Below are positions 63,762-64,000 of a stretch of 64,000 nt of DNA, one piece after another (the first letter of the stretch is position 1; each line of letters starts with the position of its first letter). A program made the position numbers and the translations under genes. The notes beneath the pieces were generated by a model. That model had not been told where the DNA came from. It did no database searches and worked only from the letters and a program-made list of their open reading frames with translations. The DNA is from Desulfosoma sp. (GTDB taxonomy: Bacteria > Desulfobacterota > Syntrophobacteria > Syntrophobacterales > DSM-9756), in contig JBBFKW010000005.1 of the NCBI GenBank assembly GCA_037481835.1, forward strand, positions 157,982 through 221,981. Reading direction: 5' to 3'.

Positions 63762-64000
63762 ATGCCTTTCATCAATCCCAATCACCGTGGCCTCGCTTAC
63801 GGCGACGGCTACCTGCAGGGCGACGGCCAACTCGGCCAGGTGGTGAGGATCGTCGGCAACGACCTCTTCGCCGTGAACACCACGCCGACGGCGAAGTCCT
63901 TCGGCATTCTGATCAAGGACTACAAGAACGGAGAGATGCCCGGCATCTACTGCATGGGCGGCGTCTACGAGACCGACGTCTTCGAGGGGACCGTGAATCC
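63762..64000 (+). CDS. Probable head decoration/structural protein, 3'-truncated by the window
   Basis: AAGGAGG RBS; MPFINPNHRGLAYGDG..., Gly-rich beta pattern; follows the scaffold. Confidence 0.55.
   Translation, partial: MPFINPNHRGLAYGDGYLQGDGQLGQVVRIVGNDLFAVNTTPTAKSFGILIKDYKNGEMPGIYCMGGVYETDVFEGTVN

Overview
Two parts. (1) 1-28.5 kb is GC-rich core chromosome, most consistent with a Desulfobacterota (deltaproteobacterial) host: mraY, ugd, a PAS histidine kinase, PduO-type adenosyltransferase, CIRCE-controlled groESL, rpoZ, dnaJ, a Gld-like ABC system, queF, a stand-alone EF-G, a MepA-LysM protein, tadA, two tRNA-Ser, dnaX-ybaB-recR, a four-subunit 2-oxoacid:ferredoxin oxidoreductase and tRNA-Asn. 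(2) From just after tRNA-Asn to the window end is a temperate prophage, whose right end lies outside the window. It carries a large serine recombinase module, a His-rich DMT cargo gene, a LexA-like repressor, its own sigma factor, a recombination/replication operon with an iteron-like origin, a Xer-like recombinase with an adjacent dif-like site, and head genes. The most notable signals are: (a) six copies of a fixed-spacing motif CGAC-N14-TCCGGTAG(G/A)TA, each upstream of a phage transcription unit, probably the promoter of the phage sigma factor; (b) a 1287-aa ORF fusing two Dam-family DNA methyltransferases to a prohead-protease-like domain and a nested scaffold; (c) a 1521-aa MuF head protein with SAP-like repeats, a HipA-like kinase and a putative ADP-ribosyltransferase, followed by two candidate immunity genes. 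All family assignments come from reading motifs by eye; no searches were run.
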